Source: Octopus bimaculoides
Taxonomy: Eukaryota
Assembly (NCBI RefSeq): GCF_001194135.2
Contig: NC_068987.1
Coordinates: 32,458,610-32,522,609, forward strand
Direction of reading: 5' to 3'
Length of the DNA stretch: 64,000 nt
The translations under genes and the position numbers were made by a program. The notes beneath the pieces were generated by a model. That model was not told where the DNA came from. It searched no databases and worked only from the letters and a program-made list of their open reading frames with translations. Positions 26,705 through 40,670 of this stretch are shown here, one piece after another; positions within the stretch are counted from its first letter, which is position 1; each line of letters begins with the position of its first letter.

Positions 26705-26991
26705 ACCAAGTATACTAAAGCTTGAAAAGTCGACATTGTACCTTAGTTTGGTGTTAGCAGTGCGATGTTCTCATTTTAAAGCTTATCTCTACAGATTTTC
26801 TAAAGAATTCAGAGTTAGCACTGAAAGTTACGACTTTCTGCTACCGTCAACTTTTATGACAATCAGTTTTATAAAGCACGCTAGCTTCCAAAGGTCCGCG
26901 TTGGAAATTCTTTTTTCCAGACCAGCCTAAAACAAATTTACAAAGCACCGTAGCTAGAATGGTTTAAGTGAGCTAACGAACAAAATAGTCG

Positions 26992-27250
26992 TGTATTCAT
27001 GATTGTATAGTAAGAAGTTTACTTCCTAATATGGTCCTAGTTTCAGTCCCACTGGGCAAGTCTCTTTTACTATCGTCCTGGGTCGACCCAAATTTTGTGA
27101 GTGGATGTTGTAGAGGAAACAGAAGGAAGCCGTCGTGTACACACACATACACACGCACACACATATGTATAAATATATATATGAATTATGTGTATATGCA
27201 CCCATGTGTGTGTGCCTTTGTCGAAGTCCAGAGGGTGAAACAAGTAAAAA
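26992..27250 (+). mobile_element. Old SINE A-related copy
   Basis: TTCAGTCCCACTGGGCAAGTC...GGGTCGACCCAAATTTTGTGAGTGGAT...GAAGCCGTCGT, followed by a microsatellite. Confidence 0.5.
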
Positions 27251-27376
27251 GATATAATACATGTGCACACACGGATATAGCAAACATGTACATAAAATTC
27301 TACTTGTAAATTTCTACACATGTATGAAAATACACATTGATTATCCATGAGAAAATGATTTCCCAATTATTATAAC

Positions 27377-27651
27377 CAGTGCCGGTTTTAAGCCAAGACA
27401 GATTTGTTCAAACCGGACCTCGCGACAAACCCTGAGCACACACACTAGTGGAGGCCGCTGTGAAGAATTTTTAGTATATCATTGTAGTTAATGGTGGAGC
27501 CTTAAACCCTCAACGCTTTCTGACTAGGACTGGCATACTACGTGAAATATAAAACATCAATCTTCAGCATTTGTAGAGTAGAGGGCCTCACTCACAATTC
27601 CCTGATCGGGCACCGCACTTTCTAGCACCGCACTTTCTAGCACCGCCCCTG
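27377..27651. mobile_element. Possible hAT-like MITE
   Basis: Imperfect termini CAGTGCCGGT and (reverse complement) CAGGGGCGGT. Internal tandem GCACCGCACTTTCTA x2. The 8-bp flanks match at only 5/8. Confidence 0.25.
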
Positions 27652-27933
27652 ATCATGAATTACTATCGTAATATACTTGAGAATAAAGTGTAGCACTAAT
27701 GTAAAAACCATTTGCGATCAAAGGGTAGCTGGATCAAGTCTGACTGGGGTGTAAAACAACAAAAGCAAGTAAACACGTCATATCAAATGACTCGATATAT
27801 GGTATGTATATATCTATTTCCCGAGATTTGTGCATATATATATATATGCATATATGTGCACACACACATATATGTATATATATACATATATATATATACG
27901 CATGTGTACACTTATACATACATGCATACAAAT

Positions 27934-27966
<33 letters not shown>

Positions 27967-27997
27967 GATACATATGTATATACATACAAACATACAT

Positions 27998-28040
<43 letters not shown>

Positions 28041-28558
28041 NNNNNNNNNNNNNNNNNNNNNNNNNNNNNNNNNNNNNNNNNNNNNNNNNNNNNNNNNNNN
28101 NNNNNNNNNNNNNNNNNNNNNNNNNNNNNNNNNNNNNNNNNNNNNNNNNNNNNNNNNNNNNNNNNNNNNNNNNNNNNNNNNNNNNNNNNNNNNNNNNNNN
28201 NNNNNNNNNNNNNNNNNNNNNNNNNNNNNNNNNNNNNNNNNNNNNNNNNNNNNNNNNNNNNNNNNNNNNNNNNNNNNNNNNNNNNNNNNNNNNNNNNNNN
28301 NNNNNNNNNNNNNNNNNNNNNNNNNNNNNNNNNNNNNNNNNNNNNNNNNNNNNNNNNNNNNNNNNNNNNNNNNNNNNNNNNNNNNNNNNNNNNNNNNNNN
28401 NNNNNNNNNNNNNNNNNNNNNNNNNNNNNNNNNNNNNNNNNNNNNNNNNNNNNNNNNNNNNNNNNNNNNNNNNNNNNNNNNNNNNNNNNNNNNNNNNNNN
28501 NNNNNNNNNNNNNNNNNNNNNNNNNNNNNNNNNNNNNNNNNNNNNNNNNNNNNNNNNN

Positions 28559-28595
<37 letters not shown>

Positions 28596-28878
28596 CACAC
28601 ATACATACACACATATACACACATACATAGACACATACATATATACATAGATGCACACATACATATATCCATCCACTCATCCATCCATCCATACATACCT
28701 GCATACACAGGTGAAGATATTTGTACTGTTGACGTTAGTTCGTAGGAAGAAATATTTTCATTTTTAAAATCTAAAAAACAATGTTTTTTTGCCGAATATT
28801 GGAGACTTTACTGACAGACATACATTACACTTATATCTACAAATCCTACATACTTATGCCATATGTACACACCGAAAA

Positions 28879-28925
<47 letters not shown>

Positions 28926-28984
28926 GCATACGCACACATATATAGACATACATACATACATATATACATTCACATACGTGCAGA

Positions 28985-29028
<44 letters not shown>

Positions 29029-29077
29029 AATATACACGTAGACATATATATGTATATATATGTGTATATATGTATAC

Positions 29078-29118
<41 letters not shown>

Positions 29119-29424
29119 GTATGATCATGTTTATATATGTTTATGTATGTGTGAGTATTTGTGTGTGTCAATGTGCACGTGCGCCTCCGCGTGTGTGTAG
29201 GTATATATGGAGGATCAAAAGAGGAGAATTAAGAGAAAGAGAATAAGAGACTGAAGTTAGAAGAGGACTGAGACTTGGGAAGAAACAAAAGACAAGAGAG
29301 GGTGAGTGTGCATGTGTATGCTTGTACGTGTCTGAGTGCGTGTTTGTGTTGCATTGTGTCTGTCTGTGTGCGTTTCTGTTTGTGTGTGTGTGTGAGCTTG
29401 TGCGTGTGCGCGTGTGTGTGTTTG

Positions 29425-29466
<42 letters not shown>

Positions 29467-30725
29467 TGAGTGAGCGGGAATATAGAAGCCAATGAANNNN
29501 NNNNNNTGTGTGAGTGAGTGAGCGGGAATATAGAAGCCAATGAAAGTAACAAAAAATATAAAAATCACGAAAAACGGAATTTTGCTTTTCCTGACAAATT
29601 TTTTCAGTTTAATTGTTCTCAGGTGTTTTAAGCAGAAGCTATGATGTCCTTACTTAAGCATCCATGCGCATACATATATATACTTACATTCATATACATA
29701 TACACCTACAAACGTACCTATTCATATGTACACTCACTCATTCATAGACATTGACAGATTTCAAGAAACACGCACACACTTTTGTACAAATAGATATATG
29801 TACAGCCACACAGAAAAAGATATGCAACGTAGCGCACGTAAAGGTATTTACGATGTCTTTTTTTGTTGTGATACAACACACATGTATACACACAAACACA
29901 TACACAATAACCAAATAAAAATATATACATATAAAAATATGTACAAACATGTTTACATATTTGGGAATCTATTACACTTTAAGCACACATATATAGACAC
30001 AAACACGCATGTAAGCGCTATTTGAATAAAAACTACTCACATAATCATACACTTTCTATATCTCTCTTTCTATCTGTCTGTGCCTCTCTTCCATGTAAAT
30101 ATACAAATACACGCAAATCTAAGCACAAGTAATGCACACCCACGTTTATGAAGAACTAATAGCGCAAAATCTATAAAAGAATAAGAGACACAATGAATAT
30201 TACTAATACAAGTGAGTTCTATGCTGCATTACTACTAACCCGAATGAAATCCATAATGGAGTTGTGCTAAGATATCAATGTTGTACAATGGGGTATTATA
30301 TTGCTAACACAGATACAATACATACAGGAATACTGCTAATATACAAATGTCTCACAATGAACTAATATGAATTCAAGACCCAAAGCAGTGAGCTGATTGG
30401 CTGACTGTCACTCACAATCATACAAAAACCATGTACCGTATGTGATTTGTTTCCTCAGTCTGCCGGTCAAAACGCTACCCCAGTGTCGTCTGCCCAACCG
30501 AACAAAATATTTGTATTCCACTACAATCAAATCAATCGTACACAGTCTCATGAGCAGACCTTCACAGTTATTGCTTTATCAAACTACCCTATGACACCAA
30601 CGTGCAGAAGCGATATCTCGTCCTTGTCTTCTAACAATGTAACAAATATTTATTAACATAAAGTGTAACGATTGCGTGGGTCATTAGGTCATTGTTCACT
30701 TAGTAAGCCATGAATTACTCACACA

Positions 30726-30842
<117 letters not shown>

Positions 30843-30849
30843 GCATATA

Positions 30850-31070
30850 CACAGACGCATCGTATTGATGACACTGCCGCAGATGTCATCTCGATTAAGC
30901 GCGTTCACCCATCGGATGCCGCCGCAAGCATTACTTTTTTCTGACATTTTCTTAGCGTTTTCTTGGCAAAGACATTGGGTTGGTTTGTCAACGGCTTCCT
31001 TGACTGAATACTCTTGAGCCCACAAGGAGGTCATCCGTCCTTCGATAGATCTTGTCTTTAGTCCTGCTGT
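30850..31070 (-). mobile_element. Possible decayed RTE-like LINE 3' fragment
   Basis: Weak matches: IYRRTDD and GIRWVNALNRDD to the RTE C-terminal W...A.DR motif. Confidence 0.25.
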
Positions 31071-32124
31071 ACGGCCAGATACTCTTCTCAGAAGAGTATC
31101 AAGCTACGCAAGTGGGTGACCCGACTTAGTCACCGATCAATCCCCCATGGAACAGGCAGTACTGGTTTACATGGTATCTGTAGCTGGTGTCATCAGGCTG
31201 TGATGAAATCCCTAACCTGACTAGAAAGCGAAACCTACAATAAACAGCGAACGCAGAAACATATGTAACATAGACACCACCCCCATACACAGGTGCATTA
31301 ATAAAATACATCTAAGTCTATTTTATACATAGAAGACAAACCAATCACATAGAAGACAAACCAATCACATACAGACATACAACCAAAGTAATACACACAA
31401 AATCAATACATACATATGCGATACTGATACATGTACACAGATAAGAAGTAAACATCTGCATTCATAGTGTATATGTATGTGCGATTACATACGCACACAT
31501 ACACTAAACAGACGCCCACATTCACTCACAAACATACACTCAACACATGCACACACACAGCATACTCATGAAGTATACACACACACACATATATATACAC
31601 ACACACATGCAGCATACACACATACACATCAAAAACAGAAGAGAAACGGCTACAAAAGAAATAAAAAACAATACCAAAAATAAACATGAGACTAAGAGAC
31701 AAAGATCCTTATGTTAGTCTAAATAATTGCGTATAGTCTAAATAATTTTGCTATTCATTTTCCTTATTTATCTTTTTCAGATAAATTACATTCATTTTAT
31801 TTTTAAAGCTTTAACGTTTTATTTCGTTCTATCTATATAATTTTATAATCATTTTTTAAAAGTGATTTTAATATCAGTTGATTTTGAATATTTCTGTTTG
31901 ATGTGTGATAGGTTTTTAAAATGGCGTTTTTCGTCTCCTTTTGGTTTTACTTTCATTTTATACATATCTTTTTATCTAGTGGCAGTTTCATTTATGATTT
32001 CGTTTTTACCTTTTTAGGTTATTTTTTATTTCTTTTTGTTGTTTTTTTCATCGATGGTTGCTTTCTCTTTCATCATTCCTAAGGCCTTGCTTTTGTAGTA
32101 GTAGCAGTTGTAGTAGTAGTAATG

Positions 32125-32166
<42 letters not shown>

Positions 32167-32913
32167 ATTTTGTAAGGTAGTTTTTTGTGTTTATTGTTAA
32201 TATCACGAAATATTGGTAACATTTAAAAACAGAATTTTCTTGTGACCTTGTGAGAGAATCACTCAAAGCCAGAATAGATATGATACTAATGACAAAGAGG
32301 ATAGATTGGGGGGGGGGAAAGATGAAGTTGAAGACGAAATGGCAGAAGAAGAAGAAGAAGAAGAAGAAGAAGAAGAAGAAGAAGAAGAAGAAGAAGAAGA
32401 AGAAGAAGAAGAAGAAGAAGAAGAAAGCATATTGAAATGAAGAAGGGACAAAGTAAGACAGAAGTAGAATATGATGACAGATAGGCACACAGAAAGATAA
32501 ATAGAACGATATCGAGATAAATAGATAAACAGATGGATAGATAGATAAGCTAATATACTGATATATATATATATANNNNNNNNNNATAGATAGATAGATA
32601 GATAGATAGACAGGTAAGTAGATAAACAGATGGAGAGAGATAGTTACATAGAGAATGTGAACTCCTGTTGTTGGTGTACTTTGTCAGTTTGTTTTGTTAG
32701 AGTTTAGTTTCTTATTTCATACCATGTTAGTGTTTGTTTCTTCTGTGTCTTAGGTGTGAGTGTAACGTGAATTGTATTGTTTTATTGGAGCTTATTCTTC
32801 AACAACATCTTATGTTGTTCAAGTTGTGTTTGTTTAGATCATCAGATGCTTATCGTATAGTGTGGGCGTTGTGTGTGAAGGTTGTTCAGCTTGAACTATT
32901 CTATTGTTATTGT

Positions 32914-33120
32914 TAAGGCAGCGAGCTGGCGGAACTGTTAGCTTGCCAGACAAAATGCTCGGTATCATTTAGCCCAACTTTATGTTCTGAGCTGAAATTG
33001 CACCGAGGTCAACTATGCCTTTCGTGTTCGATAAAATAAGAAACAGTTGAACACTGTGATCGATGTAATCACCTTATCCACTCTCCCCAATTTGCAGGCC
33101 TTGTTCCAAAATGTGAAACC
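32914..33120 (+). mobile_element. SINE family B ending in an (ATT)n tail
   Basis: TAAGGCAGCGAGCTGGCGGAACTGTTAGC...GGCCTTGTTCCAAAATGTGAAACC, then (ATT)6. Confidence 0.75.
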
Positions 33121-33138
33121 ATTATTATTATTATTATT

Positions 33139-33492
33139 GTTCAGTAGTTTTATTTTTATAACGTGCTTTCACTTCACTACCGAGCGCAGCTCTGTGCGCC
33201 TTGGGTATGTGCTGTGGTTTGCTGTGGTGCTCTTATGTTTACTGTATTGAAAGTGTTTTGCGTAGAATGTGTGCAGTACCCAGTAGTGCAATTTTCTGTA
33301 TGTTATATATATTTGTAAGTCCTGGTATTTTTGTTATGTATTTGTCTGAATATTTTTTTATTATACCTAAGGCACCTACTATGATAGGAATTGTTTCTGT
33401 TTTTAGATTCCACATTCGAGTTATCTCCATTTCCAGGTCTTTGTATTTTGAAAGTTTTTCCATTTCTTTTAGAGAAACGTTGTCATCTGCTG

Positions 33493-33497
<5 letters not shown>
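33139..33497 (-). mobile_element. 5'-truncated Dong/R4-clade LINE, same young family as 173-1193
   Basis: IPADDNVSLKEMEKLSKYKDLEMEITRMWNLKTETIPIIVGALG...QKIALLGTAHILRKTLSIQ* plus 3' UTR. (ATT)n on both sides. Confidence 0.92.
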
Positions 33498-33550
<53 letters not shown>

Positions 33551-33989
33551 TGAATTCTTGAAAAGCGAAGACAGTCGACAACTCAGCAGGTATTTATAAA
33601 ATTTTGGATGTTCCAAAGTTTATTCAAAAAGTTTATTCCTACATTTTGTTGTATCATAGTTTTATAAGCTAGCTAACAAATGTTGGTGAAGTTAGCTTCA
33701 TTCAATTTCAGCCTTTAGAGGTCTGACATTATAACTAGTTTTCAAACTGGCCATATTGGAAATAAATAATGCGTGTAATACGACAAACAACGAGATAAAA
33801 GAAAAAGAAAATTTTAATAGAGTTTCCCCACGTGCATTTATACTGTATGTTCTAAGCATGGTTGTGTTAAATAGTGAGAAAGAACGAACAACGGAGAGAG
33901 CTCCTTACAGGATTTTGTGAAGGTGGAGGTATATATTTTCCGTCCCTCTGGTTAAATGTGGACGTTTTTTCCATAATTCCCTACCTCAT

Positions 33990-35025
33990 CAGGGGTTTTG
34001 TTTTTTTATGACATTATATGTGTGGTCGCGGTTTGTCAGACTAGCTCGTCACGTCTCTTTGACTGAACTGCAGTTCTAGATCAAGCGTAAAGAAAGCCAG
34101 GGCGCCTGGCACCTAAAGTATTGTCAAGCGCTCGTAATCCTCTGTCAGTCGAGCAATGCAGTCGGTGGTGGAAGTTCCCCTTTGGCACTCTATAGCGACA
34201 AATGGCGGACAAATGCGTTCTCAGGAGACACTGGGCGTCGATGAGAATCAATTGGCTGGTCTGTTCCAGAAGACTTTCGGGCAAGGATCCATGGATAATT
34301 TTCCATAATCCCTAGTCTGGTAGTGCTGCCTGTTCGGGATAAAAACAACAGGCATGAAAGTGCCGTCAGCCGAGCTTGTACGAGATGTGCGCAGAACAAC
34401 GAAACTGCTCTGCACGTTCTCGTCAAGTACTCCAGCATTACGACTTGTGGGTTTATATCGAATACATGCTATCGCATGTGGACAGATGCGAGTATCGCTC
34501 GAGTCCATTATGATAATTGTCCCGCCGTCTTCCTTCGGCCGATAAGAGTAGGCAGTGTCTATTTGTCTGGCGACCTTAGCGAAAGAGGATGTGTGGTGGA
34601 TCAGATAGAAAGGGCTGTAGACAGATACTTTCGTCTTTGGCCAAGCTCTCATCAACTTTTTAAAGTTTCACTTGAAATGAAGGTGAGGGTAGAGAGGGAA
34701 GTGCTGCCTCTCAGCAGTTGTATTGAAAGTTGGACGAATGTGGCAAGAATGGTCCGAGTGAACGGGCCTACTCAAAGCGTGCGCCTGTAGGTTGAAGGAA
34801 GTCGATGTGGAGAGGGTACTTTCCCTAGTGGCGAGGGTGACCGTGGATTTGTGGAGTCTTCGTGAGCAGCCCTGGAAAGTCTACCTCTTTTGCAGAAGTT
34901 TTCGTTCTTAAGTTTTATATTGTTATCGCTTCTTTCTGTTTCAACGATTCGATTAATGTAACCCCACATTGTATTGTCCTGTACCGTCCACAATGTTTTT
35001 GTGAACCCTTAGTGGTAAATAAAGA
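33990..35025 (+). mobile_element. Tx1/L1-clade-like LINE 3' fragment (ORF2 C-terminus + 3' UTR)
   Basis: LPVRDK..RH...ACTRCAQNNETALHVL (decayed CCHC knuckle) ...KVRVEREVL...W..VARM, in GC-richer sequence. Ends at AATAAAGAA followed by (ATT)n. Confidence 0.7.
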
Positions 35026-35029
35026 ACAG

Positions 35030-35098
<69 letters not shown>

Positions 35099-35108
35099 GT
35101 TATTATCA

Positions 35109-37163
35109 TATGAAAACTCAAAGCTTATTTTGCTGGGTATGATGGAAAGTGTCAGCTGCCCACAGCCAGCAGACTAAGGTGACATTTGTTTACTGGTCAT
35201 GCTTCAAGAACCCTGTGAAAAATTCTTGTAGTTTCATGCAATGCTGATTATTCAGCCTTGTTGGTAGTCGAGTGCTGATACTTCCAAGTGCATCTACTCT
35301 CTTCATTAACCACAGCGTTTGCATTTACCACATTAAATCGTCTTCTTTCATACTGATCCTATTTTCAGCGGGGCATGCTATATCGATTATCATGCATGTT
35401 CTTCCTTTTTTATTAACCACAACAATGTCCGGTTTCCGATGTCTGGTCAGGTGATCGCACTGGATCATTGTATCCCACAGGATCTTGCAATTCTTATTTT
35501 CGTTGACCTCTTCTGGAGTTTTCTCATACCGCGCCTTTGCTCTTTGTGGACCGTGATTTCCACAGAGCTTCCAATGGATTATTCTTACCACATTGTCATG
35601 GCGTCTTTTGTAGACGCGTTGTGCCAATTTTGGGCATTCGCTAACGATGTTCCATACTGTTTCACCTCTCTCACCACACATTCTGCATTTGTCGCTGGCG
35701 GTAGTGTTGTCTATTCTGTACTTCGTATAATTGGTCCTTAATACTTGTTCCTGATCTGCGCATACTAGTGCTTCTGTCTCTATCTTTAGGTCACTCTTAC
35801 TCATGCATAGCCACCGGTCCTCTATATGTGTCTTGGCGTTCAAATCTCTTGCAAACTGACCGTACATTTTCTTTTCCTTCCATGCTTTTGCTTTTTTGTC
35901 TTTATTTCTTTAAATTTTTCTTCAGTTTCAATGACACCGGTCTTCTTCGTGTGTTTCAGCAGTGGCTCCACGGCATTTTTTATATACCACCCTTGACTGT
36001 TTTCCTCTGCTTCGATACAATCCTGGAAAATGATCAGACTTCTCCCACCCTTTCTTCTGAACAAGTACAGCTTATCAGTGTCAGTCGTACGTCTCCGTGC
36101 ACTGTCAACATTTTTCTGGTCTTGGTATCCATCTTCTTTATTTCTATCTTTTGCCATTTTATAATTCCCGCTCTATATCGAAGTGATGTTATCGCCCACG
36201 TATTAACTGCATGAATTTTACACTATCCAATCAATTTTGCGTGCGACAATAACCTCAGCCTTCAGAAATACTCCGTCCTCAGTTGCTCTTTCATTCCCTC
36301 TTCCATTATCTCGTTGAACTCTTGTACACCACTTCTTTTCATATCCTTCCGTTTCAATTTACTTAATCAAGTCTCTATTCGGTAATTCTTTCCGTATTAG
36401 GGATTGTATCTTGCCTCTTTTTAGGTAGATTATTCCGCACTTCTTGAGTTCAAATTCCATTCTAATATCAGTTATAAAACAATAACCTGTGTTCACCAAT
36501 GAACTCACTTATGTTTCATCTTTGCCATACAGTTTCATACCATCCATGAAGAGGAAGTAGTTGATTGTTCGGGATTTTTCCTATAGTTGGTACACCAGGT
36601 TCATTTTCCTAGCTACCAAGGTCTGGGGTATCATGCAGAGAACGAAAAGCAACGAAGGTAGGTTAACACCCTGGAAAATCCGTCTTCTGATACCCAGAGC
36701 GCCAAAGCTCTTTCCGTAAGATGTAAGTTCAGTTTTCCATGCCACGTTCAGTTTTCCATCACACGTTACATTCCTCGCAATTCCAAACAGATCTAAGCAC
36801 TCAATGATCCACGAGTGTGTAATCACATCATAAGCTTTGTGATAGTCAATCCGGCCATTCCCTGATTTATTCTCCTTCGTTTTCAATCATGCATTACCAT
36901 TTTGTTTATCAATAATTGATCTTTGGTACCTCTGCATCTCCTGCTATAGCCTTTCTGTTTTCTGTCCCGGCGGTAATACATCGTTCTCATCAAGAAATTT
37001 ATATAGTTCTGCGGCAATTCCTCTTGACAGTAACTTCTATATTAATGGGAAGCAGGAAATTGGTCTGTAATTGTCTGCAATATTTCCCTTTGATACATCC
37101 TTCAGGCACAACACTGTTTATCCTTTTGTCAACAAGTCCGGCATTTTTTCTCCATTGATCAAT
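35109..37163 (-). mobile_element. Degenerate Dong/R4-clade LINE (RT, CCHC, RLE), second subfamily
   Basis: NYRPISCFPL and RGTKDQLLINK (RT); IDYHKAYDVITHSWI and IFQGVNLPSLLFVLCM; KCRMCGERGETVWNIVSEC...RRHD...HRKPDIVVVNK...IIDIACP. (TAA)n follows the 3' end at 35029-35108. Confidence 0.9.
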
Positions 37164-37447
37164 GCATCCTCCTCCTCCTCCTCCTCCTCCTACTTTTCTT
37201 CTTCTTCTTCTTCTTCTTCTTCTTCTTCTTCTTCTTCTTCTTCTCCTCCTCCTCCTCTTTCTTCTTCTTCTTCTTCTTCTTCTTCTTCTTCTCCTTCTCC
37301 TCCCTTTTCGTCTTCTTCTTCTTCTTCTTCTTCTTCTTCTTCTTCTTCTTCTTCTTCTTCTTCTCCCTTTTCGTCTTCTTCTTCTTCTTCTTCTTCTTCT
37401 TCTTCTTCTTCTTCTCCTCCTCCTCCTTCTACTTCTTCTTCTTCGTC

Positions 37448-37497
<50 letters not shown>

Positions 37498-37594
37498 TTT
37501 ATCATGATCATGATCATTATTATTATTATTATTATTATCATCATCATCATCATCATCATCATCATTATCATCATCAACATCATCATCATCATCA

Positions 37595-37656
<62 letters not shown>

Positions 37657-37670
37657 ATTATTATTATTCA
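37164..37670. repeat. Compound (CCT)/(CTT)/(ATT)/(CAT) microsatellite
   Basis: Read directly from the sequence. Confidence 0.95.
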
Positions 37671-38300
37671 AATACAAAAGCAGCAAAGAGAGATGTACTA
37701 AATACTTTGTTTATAATCTGAGACGAACACGTAAACACAGGACAATTTTACTTTCACCATCTATAGTCGCTAAGCGAATCATCAGTACATTGTTACAAGT
37801 CATTTATGTCAACAAAACTCTGCATTACTCTTTCTCCTTCTACTGCCTTACAGCCGAATATGAAATTCTTTTATTGAACACTCAGGTATTTCCTTTCGTC
37901 TACGTACGTTCCGAGAGAATCTTACATATTAACATTCTAGGTTGGTTTCGTCTTTCATCCTCGGAAGGTTCTAATAAATATATAGCAGTGAAGTACAGTG
38001 GGGATCATGTTGGTTTTATATTTGATTTTGCACTATATCTGAGGAAAATCATTTTCTAAGATTCCACTTTCGCTGGAGTTAGACCTTGTAGGTTTTAAAG
38101 CTATTAATCATTTTATGACAGAATACAAAGAATAGTTTGCAAGTATGAAGTGCCAAATGTCTAGACAACAGTAAAAAAGTTGTATAATCCTCAATGACAT
38201 CTATATAAACATACGTTTGTTTGTATGTACGCAAACAAGTCTGTTTCCATGTATACGTGTACGTGAAGCTCTCTCTTTATCTCTATACAATTTATATATA

Positions 38301-38345
<45 letters not shown>

Positions 38346-38533
38346 NNNNNNNNNNNNNNNNNNNNNNNNNNNNNNNNNNNNNNNNNNNNNNNNNNNNNNN
38401 NNNNNNNNNNNNNNNNNNNNNNNNNNNNNNNNNNNNNNNNNNNNNNNNNNNNNNNNNNNNNNNNNNNNNNNNNNNNNNNNNNNNNNNNNNNNNNNNNNNN
38501 NNNNNNNNNNNNNNNNNNNNNNNNNNNNNNNNN

Positions 38534-38563
<30 letters not shown>

Positions 38564-38567
<4 letters not shown>

Positions 38568-38791
38568 GTTGTCCGGAAAGTTCGTGCCGATTTTTAAAGG
38601 AGAGAAAAAGGTCAATAAATACTTGCCATTACATTTTTAATCAACCAAATCCGAACCATTTTCTTGCACAATGCGTCTCCATCTTTCCTTTAAATTGAAA
38701 ATACCCTCTTCCCCGAACTGAGGTGGTTTCATGGCAAATAAGTCGAAAGGTAAGCTGCTATAAATCGGCACGAACTTTCCGGACAACCCAA
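38564..38791 (-). mobile_element. 228-bp mariner-derived MITE with perfect 30-bp TIRs and TA flanks
   Basis: TIR TTGGGTTGTCCGGAAAGTTCGTGCCGATTT at both ends, TA on each side. The internal minus strand encodes DLFAMKPPQFGEEGIFNLKERWRRIVQENG, a mariner transposase C-terminus. Confidence 0.95.
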
Positions 38792-40161
38792 TATATATAT
38801 AGTAAGAAAAGGGAGAAAACCCGTTTGTTTTCTATTTTGTTATATTTCGTAACAGTACTTTATATTGTTAAAACCCTTTATCGTACCTCTACAATTTGAT
38901 CCCTGAAAATTTTTCCCTACGCTAATATGACTCTTTCTTGCCGCTATGGTTTAAGTTAAAATAAACGATTGAGACCGAGTGTTTTCAAGCAAACACAACA
39001 CCAAAATAATGGCAGTCTTCTTATTGATAATCAATTTATATTTTCGTTCCATGCTATATTGTTCCAGCAATATACCAGCTTTTCCAGTAATATATCAGCT
39101 TTTCTAGAAGAAGAAACTGCTCGCTCCTCACTCAACTCTTCTCCATTTCTGGAGAAAGGACGCTATAAAAAATATTCCACTAACCTACAGTACAAAATAG
39201 TATATTGAGAGAGAAAGAGAGAGAGAGGGGGGGGTGAGGTGAATAAATAAGAGGGATAGAGAGTAAGAGAAGAAAAGAAAAGAAAAGAGAAATTTCGGCA
39301 GAATCTGAATAGCTTCTTACAGAGCTAAGCCGATACTATACATTGTTTTCTTCTACGTTTTGCTTCGTTCGTTTTATTCTCGATGCCCTTAAGCAATACC
39401 AATTTGCCATATAAATACATATAAACAGATACATATAAATACATATAAACAGATACATACCCACACACTTGTGTCTATGTATTTATCTAAATATCTAAAT
39501 ATATATGAAAGTCTGAGGCAGAAACACGTGTCCACGACTCGCCTCTTGTCTCCAAACAATAAGCTATCCTTTTCGATAATGGTACGTCACCTTTGAGAAA
39601 ATTCTTGATTCTCGAGATTACCTCCCTTTTAATATCGGCTAGGTTGCCATCGGCATTTGATAACTTGGATACATCCTCTACAGGCGAAGATAGTGTTAGT
39701 AAATCGACGGTGTTTGGTATTCCACATACCTATGCTTGTCTCTTGTTTGAGCATATATATATATATATATATATATNNNNNNNNNNNNNNNNNNNNNNNN
39801 NNNNNNNNNNNNNNNNNNNNNNNNNNNNNNNNNNNNNNNNNNNNNNNNNNNNNNNNNNNNNNNNNNNNNNNNNNNNNNNNNNNNNNNNNNNNNNNNNNNN
39901 NNNNNNNNNNNNNNNNNNNNNNNNNNNNNNNNNNNNNNNNNNNNNNNNNNNNNNNNNNNNNNNNNNNNNNNNNNNNNNNNNNNNNNNNNNNNNNNNNNNN
40001 NNNNNNNNNNNNNNNNNNNNNNNNNNNNNNNNNNNNNNNNNNNNNNNNNNNNNNNNNNNNNNNNNNNNNNNNNNNNNNNNNNNNNNNNNNNNNNNNNNNN
40101 NNNNNNNNNNNNNNNNNNNNNNNNNNNNNNNNNNNNNNNNNNNNNNNNNNNNNNNNNNNNN

Positions 40162-40200
<39 letters not shown>

Positions 40201-40450
40201 ACTTGGGGATGGTCATATTGTCAGTTTAGCCAATAATATATATATATATATAGGTGTGTGTGTATGTGTGTGTGTGTGTGTGTGCTTGTGTGCTTACCTG
40301 TGTGTGTATGTGTAGATGTACACGGATATACATATACATCGATATACATATATACACACGCGCTCAGCCGTTGCATGTGTATCGCACGAACAAGGCCAAT
40401 CAAGTGTATGGACGTATGCATATTGCATATGATATTATATATATATAATA

Positions 40451-40670
40451 AAGGTGGTAAGCTGGCAGAATCGTTATGGCGTTGGTCAAAATGCTTAGCG
40501 GTAGTTCTTCCGACATTACGTTTTCAGTTCAAATGCCGTCAAGATCGACTTTGACTTACATTCTTTCGGAGAACGATAAAATAAGTACCACTGGATTACT
40601 GGGGTCGATGTAATCGACTAATCCTTGCCCCGAAATTACTGTCGTGGTGCCAAAATTTGAACCCAATATC
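40451..40670 (+). mobile_element. SINE family B
   Basis: AAGCTGGCAGAATCGTTA...AAATGCTTAGCGG...GGGGTCGATGTAATCGACT...GTGCCAAAATTTGAA. Confidence 0.75.

Noticed and set aside
37741-37792. Minus-strand CUGAUGA...GAAA...GUC
   Set aside because: Stem II does not close at its base, and stems I and III do not pair.
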